Made by a program: the position numbers and the translations under genes
From: Chloroflexota bacterium
GTDB taxonomy: Bacteria > Chloroflexota > UBA11872 > VXOZ01
Direction of reading: 5' to 3'
NCBI GenBank assembly: GCA_964291655.2
Contig: OZ219802.1
Span: forward strand, 64,001 to 128,000
DNA length: 64,000 bases
Part shown: positions 49,570-59,925 of the stretch, in pieces
Layout: every line of letters starts with the position of its first letter
Numbering within the stretch: the first letter of the stretch is position 1
The notes under the pieces: model-generated
What the model was told of the DNA's origin: nothing
The model's input: only the letters and a program-made list of their open reading frames with translations
The model's database searches: none

Positions 49570-51360
49570 TCAGCGCTTGCTATTGCCAGATCCCCATTGG
49601 ATTTCCCACGTATACGCATGCCCTGCCGCGTAGTCGGCAGGTAGAAGTACTTGGGGTCTGCCCTCCAGGGCGGATGCTTGTACTGGAACGTGCTCCCCAT
49701 TTACCTTTGCGCTTTGCATTGGCGCGCCTCGATACGCGTAGGGCAACGCGAGAGAAAGGGCATGCACCGGATGCGCCGCTTCTAGACTGAATCGCAATGT
49801 AAGAGTCTCCGGCTGAAACTCGTAGGCGGTGATCTGAAGCGAGCGCCTGGCATCGTTGAAATTCACCCAGTCCACCCCGCTAACAAAGTGAAATTCGCGA
49901 TCGCGACAGTAGCCTAATACCGCCTCCAACCAGTGCTGGGACGAGGTTGGGCCCGCGCGGGTACGGAGGGGGTGGAAATACGGGTGGTAGACCGTGTGGA
50001 ATTGATCGATGGCCGCGTCCGCCTGTTCCTTCGAGAGCGCGATACACTCCTCAGTACTTAGTGGCGTGCCGAAGATTTTATCCGCGGTCCAACCGTCGTC
50101 GGTGGACATCGTCGTTTGCTCATAGATGTCGAGCAGCCTGCCTTCTTCATCCATAAACTTGACCGGCAGACCGCTCCCATTGACGTATCCGGCAAAGTGA
50201 AAGCGGCCGGGGGCAAAGTTGGTATCGAGCCGCACTTTGTTCTCGCGCAGGTACTTTGCCGTTTCGGTCCAGCCGGCCCAGATGACACTGTGTCCACGGT
50301 AGGTCACGGACTCGTGGCCGTACCGGGTGCGGAAGGCGTCCATTTCCGCCCGCAGGCCACTGCGCATTTCCTCCAGTGAAGGTCTACCCCCGGCAAACGC
50401 ATGTTGACCGAAGTCGTGCCCCTGCTGACGCAGGGCGCTCTCGTAGGCCGGTTCGACTTTTGGATGGTCTTGCATCATGAGATACGTGGTATACGGCACC
50501 TGGAAGCGGTCCGCGGTCGCTATCGTATTCATCAGGTCTTCTAACGCCATACTGTCGCCGTCGCCGTTGACAAATGCTACGGCATGCGCCGCTTCGGGAA
50601 AGTGCCATAGACGCGGCAGCGGCTGAACGAAGGCCGCCATCCATTCGAGGATTCGCACCAGTATGTCTTGCTGGAGATCAGCTTGGGGCAGAGGGCAAAG
50701 CGCGGGATCAAGGTAGCCGACGAAGAAATCATTGGGCTTGTACATGCGGTCACCGTCAAGATCGGGATTGGATCCGGTACTCGCCTGGTCAGCACGCCCC
50801 TGGTGGAGGAGTACTGTGCTCTCGGCAAGGTCATAGGCAAAAACCGCCCATGTGCCCGGGCCCCGGCTGCCAACCGCAATTGCGGGGTGATTGGTTACGT
50901 AGTCAGGATGTGCGGCAAAGTATGCCAGCACGTTTGCGGGATTACCATGCCAGGTATAGAGTTCGGCGCGGCCGTGAAACTGCATAGGAGGCAGGCTAAT
51001 GCCGTCATTCAGGGCGCAGAGCTTATTTAGCGCGATGTAGCGATCCGCGAGGTCACGACCGAACGGAGCAAGACCCAGCGCGGACGCCAGTTGTTCAGGT
51101 GGTCGCAGCGCAATCAAAGCGCCGCCTTGCTCGACATAAGTCAGCAACGTGCCCGATGATTCAGCAGGTATATCGACATGGGTCAGCACCACAACAGGAT
51201 GCTGAGCAAGCTGTTCGGGAGAGATGCTCGCCATAGCGAGATCGTGAACTGTAAACCAATTGAAGCCTTCAATATGCAGAATCTCTGTAATGTACCCTGC
51301 AAGACGCGCATTGCTCTGGCTATCCCAAATGACTAGAATTGGCGAGACGTTTTGTGACAT
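49570..51360 (-). CDS. Hypothetical protein with polysaccharide deacetylase-like (NodB-type) central domain
   Basis: NGDGD, FGQH, RGH..W.GW, LDTN, GSGLP, FHP motifs; start chosen at ATG 51360. Confidence 0.65.
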   Translation of the reverse strand: MSQNVSPILVIWDSQSNARLAGYITEILHIEGFNWFTVHDLAMASISPEQLAQHPVVVLTHVDIPAESSGTLLTYVEQGGALIALRPPEQLASALGLAPFGRDLADRYIALNKLCALNDGISLPPMQFHGRAELYTWHGNPANVLAYFAAHPDYVTNHPAIAVGSRGPGTWAVFAYDLAESTVLLHQGRADQASTGSNPDLDGDRMYKPNDFFVGYLDPALCPLPQADLQQDILVRILEWMAAFVQPLPRLWHFPEAAHAVAFVNGDGDSMALEDLMNTIATADRFQVPYTTYLMMQDHPKVEPAYESALRQQGHDFGQHAFAGGRPSLEEMRSGLRAEMDAFRTRYGHESVTYRGHSVIWAGWTETAKYLRENKVRLDTNFAPGRFHFAGYVNGSGLPVKFMDEEGRLLDIYEQTTMSTDDGWTADKIFGTPLSTEECIALSKEQADAAIDQFHTVYHPYFHPLRTRAGPTSSQHWLEAVLGYCRDREFHFVSGVDWVNFNDARRSLQITAYEFQPETLTLRFSLEAAHPVHALSLALPYAYRGAPMQSAKVNGEHVPVQASALEGRPQVLLPADYAAGHAYTWEIQWGSGNSKR

Positions 51361-51702
51361 AGTGCAGAAGCCTTCTGGTCGGTGCAAACGCTGGCGGTAG
51401 ACTGTCAGATCGGAAACTCTGCTTGGCGGCAAGGCCCTTCGTCAATGAGCTCACGCTGCCGGCATGCTGGAAGGTCGCGCCAAGTCAAGCCCACTCACGC
51501 TTAGTTCGCTACAGCATACAGTGGCCGGCAGCGTGTGTCCACATGTGCTTCGTCTTAATGGAGATTGTGAGTTTGGTTTGCACCTCCTGCTGCCCTTCCC
51601 TACGGATGTAGGCACGCAAATTCCCGATTATAGACACAATCGTTGACGGCTCATTAGCCTTCCAGTAGCATAGAATTACGGTGCAACTGCGCCATTCGTC
51701 GG

Positions 51703-51778
51703 AGGAGCGTAGCTCAGCTGGAAGAGCACTGGTCTCCAAAACCAGCGGTCGGGGGTTCGAATCCCTCCGCTCCTGCCA
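51703..51778 (+). tRNA. tRNA-Trp (anticodon CCA)
   Basis: AGGAGCG/CGCTCCT stem, CT-CCA-AA loop, GTTCGAA, GCCA; TTGACG-N17-TAGCAT upstream (51643-51671). Confidence 0.97.
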
Positions 51779-51949
51779 AGCACCAGCCAGGGGCCCTCTG
51801 CAGCAGAATCATGGGTCTCATTTTGGTTGGCCAACTCTTACTATCCGAGCGGACAGTGAACAGCCTCGTCGGGCTTGCTTGAAATTGTTCTTGGCGTTCC
51901 AAGGAATGCCCATCACTTGGCTGTGCAGGTAGGGTCTTCTCCTTTGCAG

Positions 51950-52146
51950 GCCGGCCTAGCTCCGGTCTTTGGCTCTCTCCCTGGCATTGGTTACAGGTGG
52001 AGCAAAGGCCGCCACGGGGCAAGCTCACATCCCAATTGGAGACTCTTGCGTAACTTAGCCTAGCTATTGGGATTTGAGTCGGGTCGGTGACTACTCCCCC
52101 TTAACCGGCCCTCTCCCAGGGCTAGGAAGCTCCCTCGCCAGCCGGC
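51950..52146 (+). ncRNA. Candidate structured RNA (four-way junction), family unknown
   Basis: Four nested helices found by hand, each with a G-U pair on the + strand. Confidence 0.45.
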
Positions 52147-52309
52147 TCGGGCGGTGCAAGGTCTCAAGCGCGTGTGACAAAGGGCTGGAAATACAGAAGA
52201 AAGAGCAGACTTTGAGCTGTCATGTGTCATACACTCTTGAGCGGGTCTCTTCGGCTGGTTATAGCACGTTAGCCATGAGTCAATGTTGTGAATCTGAGGT
52301 TCACACGAG

Positions 52310-53239
52310 ATGAAACTGGCACTCTATGGAGGTATTGGCTGGCAACACCCGTTTGGGCTGGCGAAAGTCCTCGCGTGGGCTGGGAAGTATGGCTATCACG
52401 GCATAAGTCTGCGGGGCTATACGCTCGACGTTCCACAGCGATTGGAACGCCACTACAACGCTGTGGGCTACGATATGATCAGTCCGCGCCTCGTAAATGA
52501 GGCAGGGAGAAACGAGTTTCGCCGCGTTCTCAGGGCCAAGAAGCTCGAAATCGCCTGTCTTTCCTGCTATTGCCCGTTGACCTATCCCCCGGGAGAACTC
52601 CGCGCGCAGAGTCTGTCACTCAACCGGGCCTACATCGACTTGGCCGCCGCTCTTGACGTGTATTGGCTCCGCAGCATCGGCAACGTCCTTGACCCCGTGC
52701 CGGGAGTAGCGCTTTCGTTCGAAGAAGCCCAGGACCATCACGTGGCTGCACTCAGAGAGCTCATGCCGTATGCCAAAGAGCGTGGCATTCGTCTGATCGT
52801 AGAAACTAATGAGAATACGACCACGTCCAATGCCGATGAACTCTTGGCCGTGCGCGACGCAGTAGGGCCCGACCTCGATATCGTGATGGACGGCGCCAAT
52901 CTCTACATGGAGGGCATGGACGTGCTGGGTGCAGCGCGTCAGTTAGCCCCGCACATTGCTATGCTCCATGTGAAGAACGTACGCCGCCGCCGGCCGGGAG
53001 AGCTAGACTATCTGCCAAAGAACGTGTACGGCTACGAGTGGACGAAGCTCCCGGATGGAGATGTCGATTGGAAGGCAGTGCTCGCTGAACTGCGACAGGG
53101 CGGCTTCGACGGCTACGTGCTGTATGAATACGTTAATCCGTTCAAAGGCATGCCGCGAGCCTATTGGCACCTCTTGCCTGACCCGGAAGAGGCTGCAAAG
53201 TCAGCAGCGGAATACTTGCGAGACATTGCCGGACTCTAA
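52310..53239 (+). CDS. Sugar phosphate isomerase/epimerase (xylose-isomerase-like TIM barrel)
   Basis: LIVET, MDGAN, LHVKN, GDVDW, GFDGY.LYE. Confidence 0.85.
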   Translation: MKLALYGGIGWQHPFGLAKVLAWAGKYGYHGISLRGYTLDVPQRLERHYNAVGYDMISPRLVNEAGRNEFRRVLRAKKLEIACLSCYCPLTYPPGELRAQSLSLNRAYIDLAAALDVYWLRSIGNVLDPVPGVALSFEEAQDHHVAALRELMPYAKERGIRLIVETNENTTTSNADELLAVRDAVGPDLDIVMDGANLYMEGMDVLGAARQLAPHIAMLHVKNVRRRRPGELDYLPKNVYGYEWTKLPDGDVDWKAVLAELRQGGFDGYVLYEYVNPFKGMPRAYWHLLPDPEEAAKSAAEYLRDIAGL

Positions 53240-53556
53240 CAGATCTGCGCTTGCGGCGACTCTCGCACAACACAAGGACCAGCCTCAGCAAGACGTCCAA
53301 AAGCCATGCCGACTACGCTCCACAAGCTAGCTTGGCAACAGGTCGTTTCTCGCCGTTCCTTGCGCTACCGCTTTCCTCTCTCCTTTGCGATCGAGACGCC
53401 AGGCTTATCCCGGTGTGAGATGAGAAGGGGGTGATTGACCGGTAAACCTAGTTCCAATACGCTAGAGGCACTCCCGGTCATCTGGCAGAGGAAGCTCCCG
53501 TATGATGAAAGTGGGTTTCGACCCATAGCCACTTTGACGGGTGCGGGAGAAAGTCA

Positions 53557-54840
53557 TTGGCGAAGAACTCTGACAAACAACATCGAGCCATTGGGAAGGT
53601 AATGTTGTTGCGCTTGCAGTCACGCTGGCGACCTGGACGCTTGCGCGCGTTCCAGGCAATAGCAGGCATTATTATCAGTATAGTTCTCCTGTGGCTAGTG
53701 CTGCGGGGACTTGACCTAAGGCAGACTTGGGCTGCGCTCAGCAACACCAACTATTGGTACCTGGCGCCCGCAGTGTTTGTCTACTTTCTTGGTGTTGCGA
53801 TTCGGGGTCTCCGCTGGCAGCGACTCTTGTTGCCGGTTGAGCGCATACCTGCCCGGCAGGCGATTGCGCTCCTTATCGTCGGTTACACCGTGAACAACAT
53901 TGTGCCGGCGCGCATGGGGGACGTCATGCGCGTCTTTTTGCTTGCACGGGAGACAGGGATTCGCAAGAGCGCTTCTCTGGCAACTGTTGTCCTGGAGCGC
54001 CTCTTGGACCTGCTGGCCATACTTGCCATAATCGTGGCGTGCACGCTTGTGCTCCCTTGGCCGTCGCCGATTCTTACGGCCCTACGTGTTGCCGCAGTAT
54101 TGGCGATTGTAGCGGCTGGAGTCTTAATTCTTGTCGCCACTCACCAGTCTCAGCGCTTGCAGGATGGCGTCGGCCCGGCACGAACTGTGTGGAGAGCCCT
54201 TGCGCTCTCGGCACTGCTGGCTGTCTTGCTCGGGACGGCCTTTGCTGAGCTTGGACAGTGGATCCCCGATACTCTCTTGCTGCCTTTAGCCGGCGCAGGC
54301 ATTGTATTCTTGCTCGCAACGTTCGTTGCCGCTACCGTCGCCCGCGGCTATTTGATTTCGCTGCCCTTGCGTCTCTCACTCTTACTGCCTGGCAGGCTGG
54401 GCTATCGGATAATCTCTATGGCGAGGTCATTTGTTGAAGGTCTTCAGAGCCTCCGTTCGCCCCAGCGACTTGCGGAAATGGCTGGGCTGAGCATGGCATC
54501 TTGGATTGTCGAAGGGCTATCGTATTACTTGATCGCGCGAAGCATGGGCATTGACGAATCGGTCCTGGTGTTTCTCTTGACGATGGGTGTCATCAATATC
54601 TTCTCCGCGATTCCGTCTTCTCCCGGGTATATTGGACCGTTCGAGTTTGCGGGAAAGCTCGTGCTAACGCAGTTTGGCATTGCGGCAGAAATGGCGGTTG
54701 CCTACCTTCTCCTGATGCACGTACTTCTCCTGCTGCCTGTGGTAGTGCTTGGTGGCGCGCTCGCTTGGAGGCGCCGCGAGCGCTGGTGGCCAACTTCGGT
54801 GGATTCGCCGCAGTCTCCGCTGGGCCAAACTACAACGTAG
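53557..54840 (+). CDS. Lysylphosphatidylglycerol synthase TM / flippase-like membrane protein
   Basis: RGLRW, NNIVPARMGD, ERLLD, PSSPGYIGPFE. Confidence 0.88.
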   Translation: MAKNSDKQHRAIGKVMLLRLQSRWRPGRLRAFQAIAGIIISIVLLWLVLRGLDLRQTWAALSNTNYWYLAPAVFVYFLGVAIRGLRWQRLLLPVERIPARQAIALLIVGYTVNNIVPARMGDVMRVFLLARETGIRKSASLATVVLERLLDLLAILAIIVACTLVLPWPSPILTALRVAAVLAIVAAGVLILVATHQSQRLQDGVGPARTVWRALALSALLAVLLGTAFAELGQWIPDTLLLPLAGAGIVFLLATFVAATVARGYLISLPLRLSLLLPGRLGYRIISMARSFVEGLQSLRSPQRLAEMAGLSMASWIVEGLSYYLIARSMGIDESVLVFLLTMGVINIFSAIPSSPGYIGPFEFAGKLVLTQFGIAAEMAVAYLLLMHVLLLLPVVVLGGALAWRRRERWWPTSVDSPQSPLGQTTT

Positions 54841-54859
54841 AGCCAACCTGGAAAATCAT

Positions 54860-56221
54860 ATGGATGCTATGCCGAAGAACGCCGATCCGGATGCTCCGCT
54901 ACGTATAGCCGTCGTTGGCGGTGGCTTTAGCGGTCTGGCTGCCGCCGAAGCTTTGCTGGCTCAAGGCGCCCAGGTCCACATCTTCGAGAAACAGTCGCAG
55001 CTTGGAGGTGAGGTCGCCACACGCGCGATTGGAAGCACATTTGTCGAGTATTACTACCACCATTGCTTTAGCAGCGACCATCACCTTCTCGCCTCGGCCG
55101 ACCGCCTCGGCGTAAAAGACCAGCTAACCTGGGTCGATTCCACGATGGGATTCTATTGGAAGGGCCGGTTGCTCCCCTTTAACGGCCCGGCAGACGTCCT
55201 GAGATTTGAGCCGCTCAGTCCGTTGCAGCGCTTTCGGCTCGGTTTGTCAGTGCTCTACTTGCAGCGACGGAAAAATTGGCAGCCATACCAGGACATAAGC
55301 GCTGCAGACTGGATGCGACGCTTCTGTGGCGACCGTGTATTTGACACGGTGTGGGGCGGCTTGCTCAAGGCAAAGTTTGGCGAAGACTGGCACCGTGTGA
55401 GCATGTCTTGGCTCTGGGCCCGCATCCACGTGCGGGCGGCCTCGCGTTCGAAGGGCATGGCAAAAGAGCAATTGGGCTACTTCAATAACTCGTTTCGCAC
55501 ACTGGTGGATGCGTTTGGGCGCCGCATTGAAGAACTGGGAGGTCACATTCACCTGGAGGCGGCCGCCGAGCGGATAGTCATAGAAGACGGACAGGCGCGC
55601 GGTATTGTGACTGGCGGTGAGCGGCACGATTTCGATCTTGTGCTGGCGGCTGTGCACACGCCCATCTTTCTCTTTCTCACGCCCGATCTTCCGGCAGAAT
55701 ATCGTGAAAGACTGGGCAGAATCGAGTATAAGGGAGCGTCTTGCCTGCTTCTGGAACTCGACCGCCGGATGTCGCCGTTCTATTGGCTCAATATCAGCGC
55801 GGAGGAGCTACCGTTTACGGCTTTGGTGGAGCAAACGAATCTCGTGTCGCCGGAAGCCTATGGTGGGAGCCACTTACTATACGTAGCGCGCTACATGTCG
55901 CCGGGAGACCCGTTGATGCGGATGGAAACCACGGCGCTATTTGAACACTACTTGCCGTTCCTGCAGCAAATGTATCCAGATTTTTCGAGGGAGATGGTCA
56001 AGAATATGTGGTCGGGCGGCGATCCGTTCGCCCAGCCTCTCATCGAAGTTGGCTACCAGCGCAAGAAGCCGGAATTGCGCACGCCGATCCCACGGCTCTA
56101 TCTGGCAAACACAACACTCATCTATCCCGAAGATCGGGGCATAAATTATAGCATCCGGCTGGGACAGGAAGTCGCTCAGCGGATCTTCGCCGACGCACCA
56201 CAACTCAAGCAGCGAAATTGA
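54860..56221 (+). CDS. FAD-dependent oxidoreductase (protoporphyrinogen/amine-oxidase-like)
   Basis: VVGGGFSGL, EK..LGG, EYYYHH, IYPEDRG. Confidence 0.88.
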   Translation: MDAMPKNADPDAPLRIAVVGGGFSGLAAAEALLAQGAQVHIFEKQSQLGGEVATRAIGSTFVEYYYHHCFSSDHHLLASADRLGVKDQLTWVDSTMGFYWKGRLLPFNGPADVLRFEPLSPLQRFRLGLSVLYLQRRKNWQPYQDISAADWMRRFCGDRVFDTVWGGLLKAKFGEDWHRVSMSWLWARIHVRAASRSKGMAKEQLGYFNNSFRTLVDAFGRRIEELGGHIHLEAAAERIVIEDGQARGIVTGGERHDFDLVLAAVHTPIFLFLTPDLPAEYRERLGRIEYKGASCLLLELDRRMSPFYWLNISAEELPFTALVEQTNLVSPEAYGGSHLLYVARYMSPGDPLMRMETTALFEHYLPFLQQMYPDFSREMVKNMWSGGDPFAQPLIEVGYQRKKPELRTPIPRLYLANTTLIYPEDRGINYSIRLGQEVAQRIFADAPQLKQRN

Positions 56222-56278
56222 CATAAGCGCTCCCGCTTGACCGCTGCGATCACTATTCCCTAGAATCGTTCTAGACTT

Positions 56279-56364
56279 GCCGAAGTGGCGGAACGGAAGA
56301 CGCGCTGGTCTCAAAAACCAGTGGGGTAACACCCGTGCGGGTTCGACTCCCGCCTTCGGCACCA
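56279..56364 (+). tRNA. tRNA-Leu (anticodon CAA)
   Basis: GCCGAAG/CTTCGGC stem, CT-CAA-AA loop, long variable arm, ACCA; TTGACC-N18-TAGAAT at 56237-56266. Confidence 0.97.
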
Positions 56365-56618
56365 AGCTAGCTGCGCCAGCATTTGCATTGGTGAGGTTAG
56401 TACCTCCCGTCGCTCTTGATTCGCTCACTTTCCCTGGGCGCGGAGCGCAAGCCCTGTCTGAGAGATAGCCATGACCAGATTGCACAATACTGTGCTGGGT
56501 GGTTCTAATTTCCAATTGCAGGTAGGTCCCCACTTCTTGGCATGAGTTGTCCGGCCCAAGCTGATGTCGTGGCAGTTGAGTCTGTGCGAAAGTCACGATT
56601 AATATCCTGGGGGAGCTA

Positions 56619-57002
56619 ATGACGAGCGTGCTATTTGTAGCCCTTGGCGGCGCCTTCGGCGCGACCCTGCGCTACTTGCTCTCAGGATTCATCAATCGCT
56701 ACTTCGAGACCTCATTCCCAACGGGAACTCTGGGGGTCAATCTCATCGGCTGCTTCGCGGTGGGACTGTTGTGGGAACCACTCGCGCATACGGCACTTTC
56801 CCCACAGATTCGCACCTTTTTCCTGATTGGCGTACTCGGCGCATTTACGACGTTTTCAACCTACGGCATCGAAAGCGTGAATCTCGTGCGCGCCGGCGAA
56901 CTGCGCTTGGCGCTCGTCAATCTCATCCTCAGCAATGTGCTGGGAATTGCTTTCGTCCTGCTGGGCCTCGGTATCAGCCGACTCGCGAGTAGCGCAGTTT
57001 AG
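56619..57002 (+). CDS. crcB: Fluoride efflux channel Fluc
   Basis: GGAFGATLRY, FPTGTL.VN, GAFTTFST. Confidence 0.96.
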   Translation: MTSVLFVALGGAFGATLRYLLSGFINRYFETSFPTGTLGVNLIGCFAVGLLWEPLAHTALSPQIRTFFLIGVLGAFTTFSTYGIESVNLVRAGELRLALVNLILSNVLGIAFVLLGLGISRLASSAV

Positions 57003-57163
57003 CTGAGATCGTCTCGACTCGATTGAATGTAGAGAGCTCGGGCATAGCGCTAACGTGACGATTGCATCTGAAGAATCTTGCACCGCGATTAATTGGGTGT
57101 GGACTTGCCATTGCGGATCGATTGATCAGGTCGTCTGGCGTTGAAGTTGTCGACTACAATCCT

Positions 57164-58177
57164 CTAGCTCAGGCGCGTCCAATCGAATTGCACGCCTATG
57201 GCTTGGGAACGGTCTTGCGTGAGCATGGAGTACGCATCGGGGGCTTCGCGTGGGTCGTATTGGTGCGTGATGAGGTCCTCAACCTGCATTTGGCCGCGTT
57301 CCACATAGGTGAAGAAGAGCTCCGTCATGTGCTTATGGGTCCAGTGGGCGTAGTCGGTAGCGGTGGGAGGCGGGTTGGAGCTGTGGGCGCCTACGAGCGT
57401 CACGCCGCGGCGGATGATGTCGCCGGTGAGCCGTTGATTTGAAGGTGTGCCGGTGTCACCGAGCAGCAGGACTTTCCCGAAGCGCCGCGCCAGTGGCAGT
57501 GCCGTGGGCAATACCGCCGCGTTGCCGGTAATGTCGTAGACGACGTCAGCCAGCTTCCCATGCGTAAGCGACGCGATTGTCTCCTCAGCATCAGCAGATG
57601 AGATTGGCAAAGTGTGGGTCGCACCGTGGGATGCTGCCAGTGCTAGTCGCGCCGGTGCCGGATCGATGACTATCACCCGATTGGCTCCGAGCAAACGCAC
57701 GAATTGCACCACTAACTGACCCAATATGCCGGCGCCTATCACCACCACGTCGTCGCCAAGCCGGTGCTCCGCGCGCCGGACGGCATTCTGCGCAATGCAC
57801 GCCAAGTAGAACCAGGCGGCAGCCTGATCAGTGACGCCCTCCGGAATCTTTATGGCGCGCCCCGCGTCGCTGATCGCGTACTGCCCGTGCTTCGCGGGCA
57901 TTGCAACGCGGTCTCCTGAAACAACACTGGTAACCCCGGCGGCGGTCTCAAGCACCTCCCCAACCGCGCTGTACCCAGGCCGGAAGGGATACTTCACCCA
58001 CTCGTCCCAGTGCGTGCCTGGCGCAAAGTTGCGTTGCAAGCAGATGCACTCTGTACCAGTGCTGATGAGTGAACGCCGCAGTCGCACCAGGATTTGAGCC
58101 GACTGAATGTCCGGTACGGGATACCGCTGAACAGCAACAGAGTCTTTGGCAAGGAAAACAACATCAAGGGATTCCAT
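57164..58177 (-). CDS. Zinc-binding (MDR) dehydrogenase family protein
   Basis: SLISTGTE, PGYSAVG, VIGAGILG, DITG. Confidence 0.88.
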   Translation of the reverse strand: MESLDVVFLAKDSVAVQRYPVPDIQSAQILVRLRRSLISTGTECICLQRNFAPGTHWDEWVKYPFRPGYSAVGEVLETAAGVTSVVSGDRVAMPAKHGQYAISDAGRAIKIPEGVTDQAAAWFYLACIAQNAVRRAEHRLGDDVVVIGAGILGQLVVQFVRLLGANRVIVIDPAPARLALAASHGATHTLPISSADAEETIASLTHGKLADVVYDITGNAAVLPTALPLARRFGKVLLLGDTGTPSNQRLTGDIIRRGVTLVGAHSSNPPPTATDYAHWTHKHMTELFFTYVERGQMQVEDLITHQYDPREAPDAYSMLTQDRSQAIGVQFDWTRLS

Positions 58178-58507
58178 GGTCTTAACACCTATTGTGGTGG
58201 CTACGGTTTTCTTTGCAACGGGGCGAATGCCAGCTCTCTCATGCGATGGAGTGTACCAGGCCTGAATACGACAGAGTACCCCTTCGATCTGCGTTTTTCA
58301 CCAAGTGTTTGGCGAGAAACAGCAAACCGGCATTGAGAATTGCTCGACCGCAAATACGTTGACTTGGTGACATTATGGCAGTCTTGGATTGGCAATTCGA
58401 ATGCTTGCCGTCGCATGATGACAAGCGTACGATAACGCTAGTAGTGCAGACTGCCAAGACCGCCCGGGAAGGCGCACTTATCTTTACATTACAGAGGGAG
58501 TAGGCCG

Positions 58508-59572
58508 GTGACGCAAAGCCAATCCTATCCATTCTTTGACGTACGTGGCGCGCCGTATGAGTTGGGTCGCCAGCACGGAGAGGCGTGTCGTGAACAAGTT
58601 CGCAGTTTCCTGGATCACTCGTATCAGTCGATTGGAGAGTACAAACAGCAAGGTCCCGCAACGTTGCGAGCGCGGGCAGAGTCGTTTGTGCCTTCCATCC
58701 AAGGGTTCATTCCCGATGCAATATCAGAGATGAAAGGCATCGCGGCAGGCGCAAATGTCTCCCTGTCTGAGGTCGTGTTGTTGAATGTGCGAACTGAGCT
58801 TACCTTGGGCGACGCCGGTTTGAGCGACGGATGCAGTTCGCTCGGCTTCCTAACGAGCCGTACGGACAACGAGAATACAATCATTGCCCAAAATCAGGAC
58901 GTAGGGGAGTGGATGAAGGAAGTGGGCGTGGTGTTGAAGGTGTCGCCAGACGAGAAACCGGCATTCATCATGTTTACGTGGGCGGGTGTGATTGGGTACC
59001 CGGGTTTCAATGAGCACGGTGTTGCATTCGTGCAAAACCAACTCTATACGGAGGGATGGCGGGTCGGAGTCTCACATTACCCTCTCAAGCGGCGGATCTT
59101 GGAGTGCCGCAATCTTGCGGAAGTTCTTGACATAATGAATGAAACGACATTCTCTTCTGCTGGCAATTACCTGATGGTAGATGGCGAGAGCCGCTTGGTG
59201 GATGCCGAGATTGCGGCCCCTCACGGAGTGGGGGTGATAGAGGCGACCGAGGGTACGCTCGCACACACGAACAATATCCGTTCGCCTGAGCTCGAACAGT
59301 TTGACACATTCCGCAGTCAATTGCCGGATTCAGAGCCGCGCTGTGCCCGGGCGGACCAGTTGGTCTCAAGTGTAGACCGTGTTTCCGCAAGCGACGTGAT
59401 GCAGATGATGTCTGACCATGCCGGCCATCCCCACAGTATTTGTAGACATAACGATGGCACGCCGGAGAGCATCGAAACCGTGGCCTCTTACGTGATGGAG
59501 CCGCTCCAGGGACGACTCCACGTCAGCTACGGTAATCCCTGCGCGAACGGCTATACGGCTTACACGCTCTAG
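58508..59572 (+). CDS. C45 family autoproteolytic acyltransferase/hydrolase
   Basis: GAPYELGRQHG, DGCS nucleophile Cys, AQNQD, HTNN, SICRH, GNPC. Confidence 0.9.
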   Translation: MTQSQSYPFFDVRGAPYELGRQHGEACREQVRSFLDHSYQSIGEYKQQGPATLRARAESFVPSIQGFIPDAISEMKGIAAGANVSLSEVVLLNVRTELTLGDAGLSDGCSSLGFLTSRTDNENTIIAQNQDVGEWMKEVGVVLKVSPDEKPAFIMFTWAGVIGYPGFNEHGVAFVQNQLYTEGWRVGVSHYPLKRRILECRNLAEVLDIMNETTFSSAGNYLMVDGESRLVDAEIAAPHGVGVIEATEGTLAHTNNIRSPELEQFDTFRSQLPDSEPRCARADQLVSSVDRVSASDVMQMMSDHAGHPHSICRHNDGTPESIETVASYVMEPLQGRLHVSYGNPCANGYTAYTL

Positions 59573-59883
59573 AACGATACAAAGTCATTGAGTTCGGATT
59601 TCGTAGTTCCAGTTGCAGGGGAATATTCGCGCAAGCCCGTAGGGCGCGGCCCTTAGCACTGTTTTCAGATTCATTTACTTGGTTGGCGCGGCCCCAATTG
59701 CACATGCTTTGCAAGCCGGAGTCGCAGGCAGTTCACGAGGCGGCTGATCGCAGCCATTGTGCTTCTTCAGCGACAGCCAACTTAAGTGAGACAAGCACTG
59801 CCCATCTCTGAGCCCATGAGTCGGCTGACGACCAGAAATAGGCTACTGAAGCATCAAACCAAGATTGGTTCCGAAATCCAAGT

Positions 59884-59915
59884 TAAGTTCCGAGAATGTA
59901 TCTTCTCGGAACTTA
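59884..59915. terminator. 13-bp inverted repeat between convergent genes
   Basis: TAAGTTCCGAGAA-N6-TTCTCGGAACTTA. Confidence 0.6.
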
Positions 59916-59925
59916 TTTCCAGTTT

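Noticed and set aside
51960-52105. yybP-ykoY (Mn) riboswitch on the minus strand (GGGGAGTAG...AAGACC)
   Set aside because: There is no credible downstream minus-strand gene before the convergent tRNA, and the G-U pattern favours the plus strand
56530-56630. Fluoride riboswitch upstream of crcB
   Set aside because: GCTGATG and GCTAATGAC fragments exist, but there is no GGnGATG..GTnCnCC P1 or pseudoknot pairing, and GCTAATGAC simply overlaps the start codon
38518-58177. Aminocyclitol/inositol catabolic cluster (iolB, DegT aminotransferase, TIM isomerase, MDR dehydrogenase)
   Set aside because: The genes are scattered over 20 kb on both strands among unrelated genes, with no operon structure
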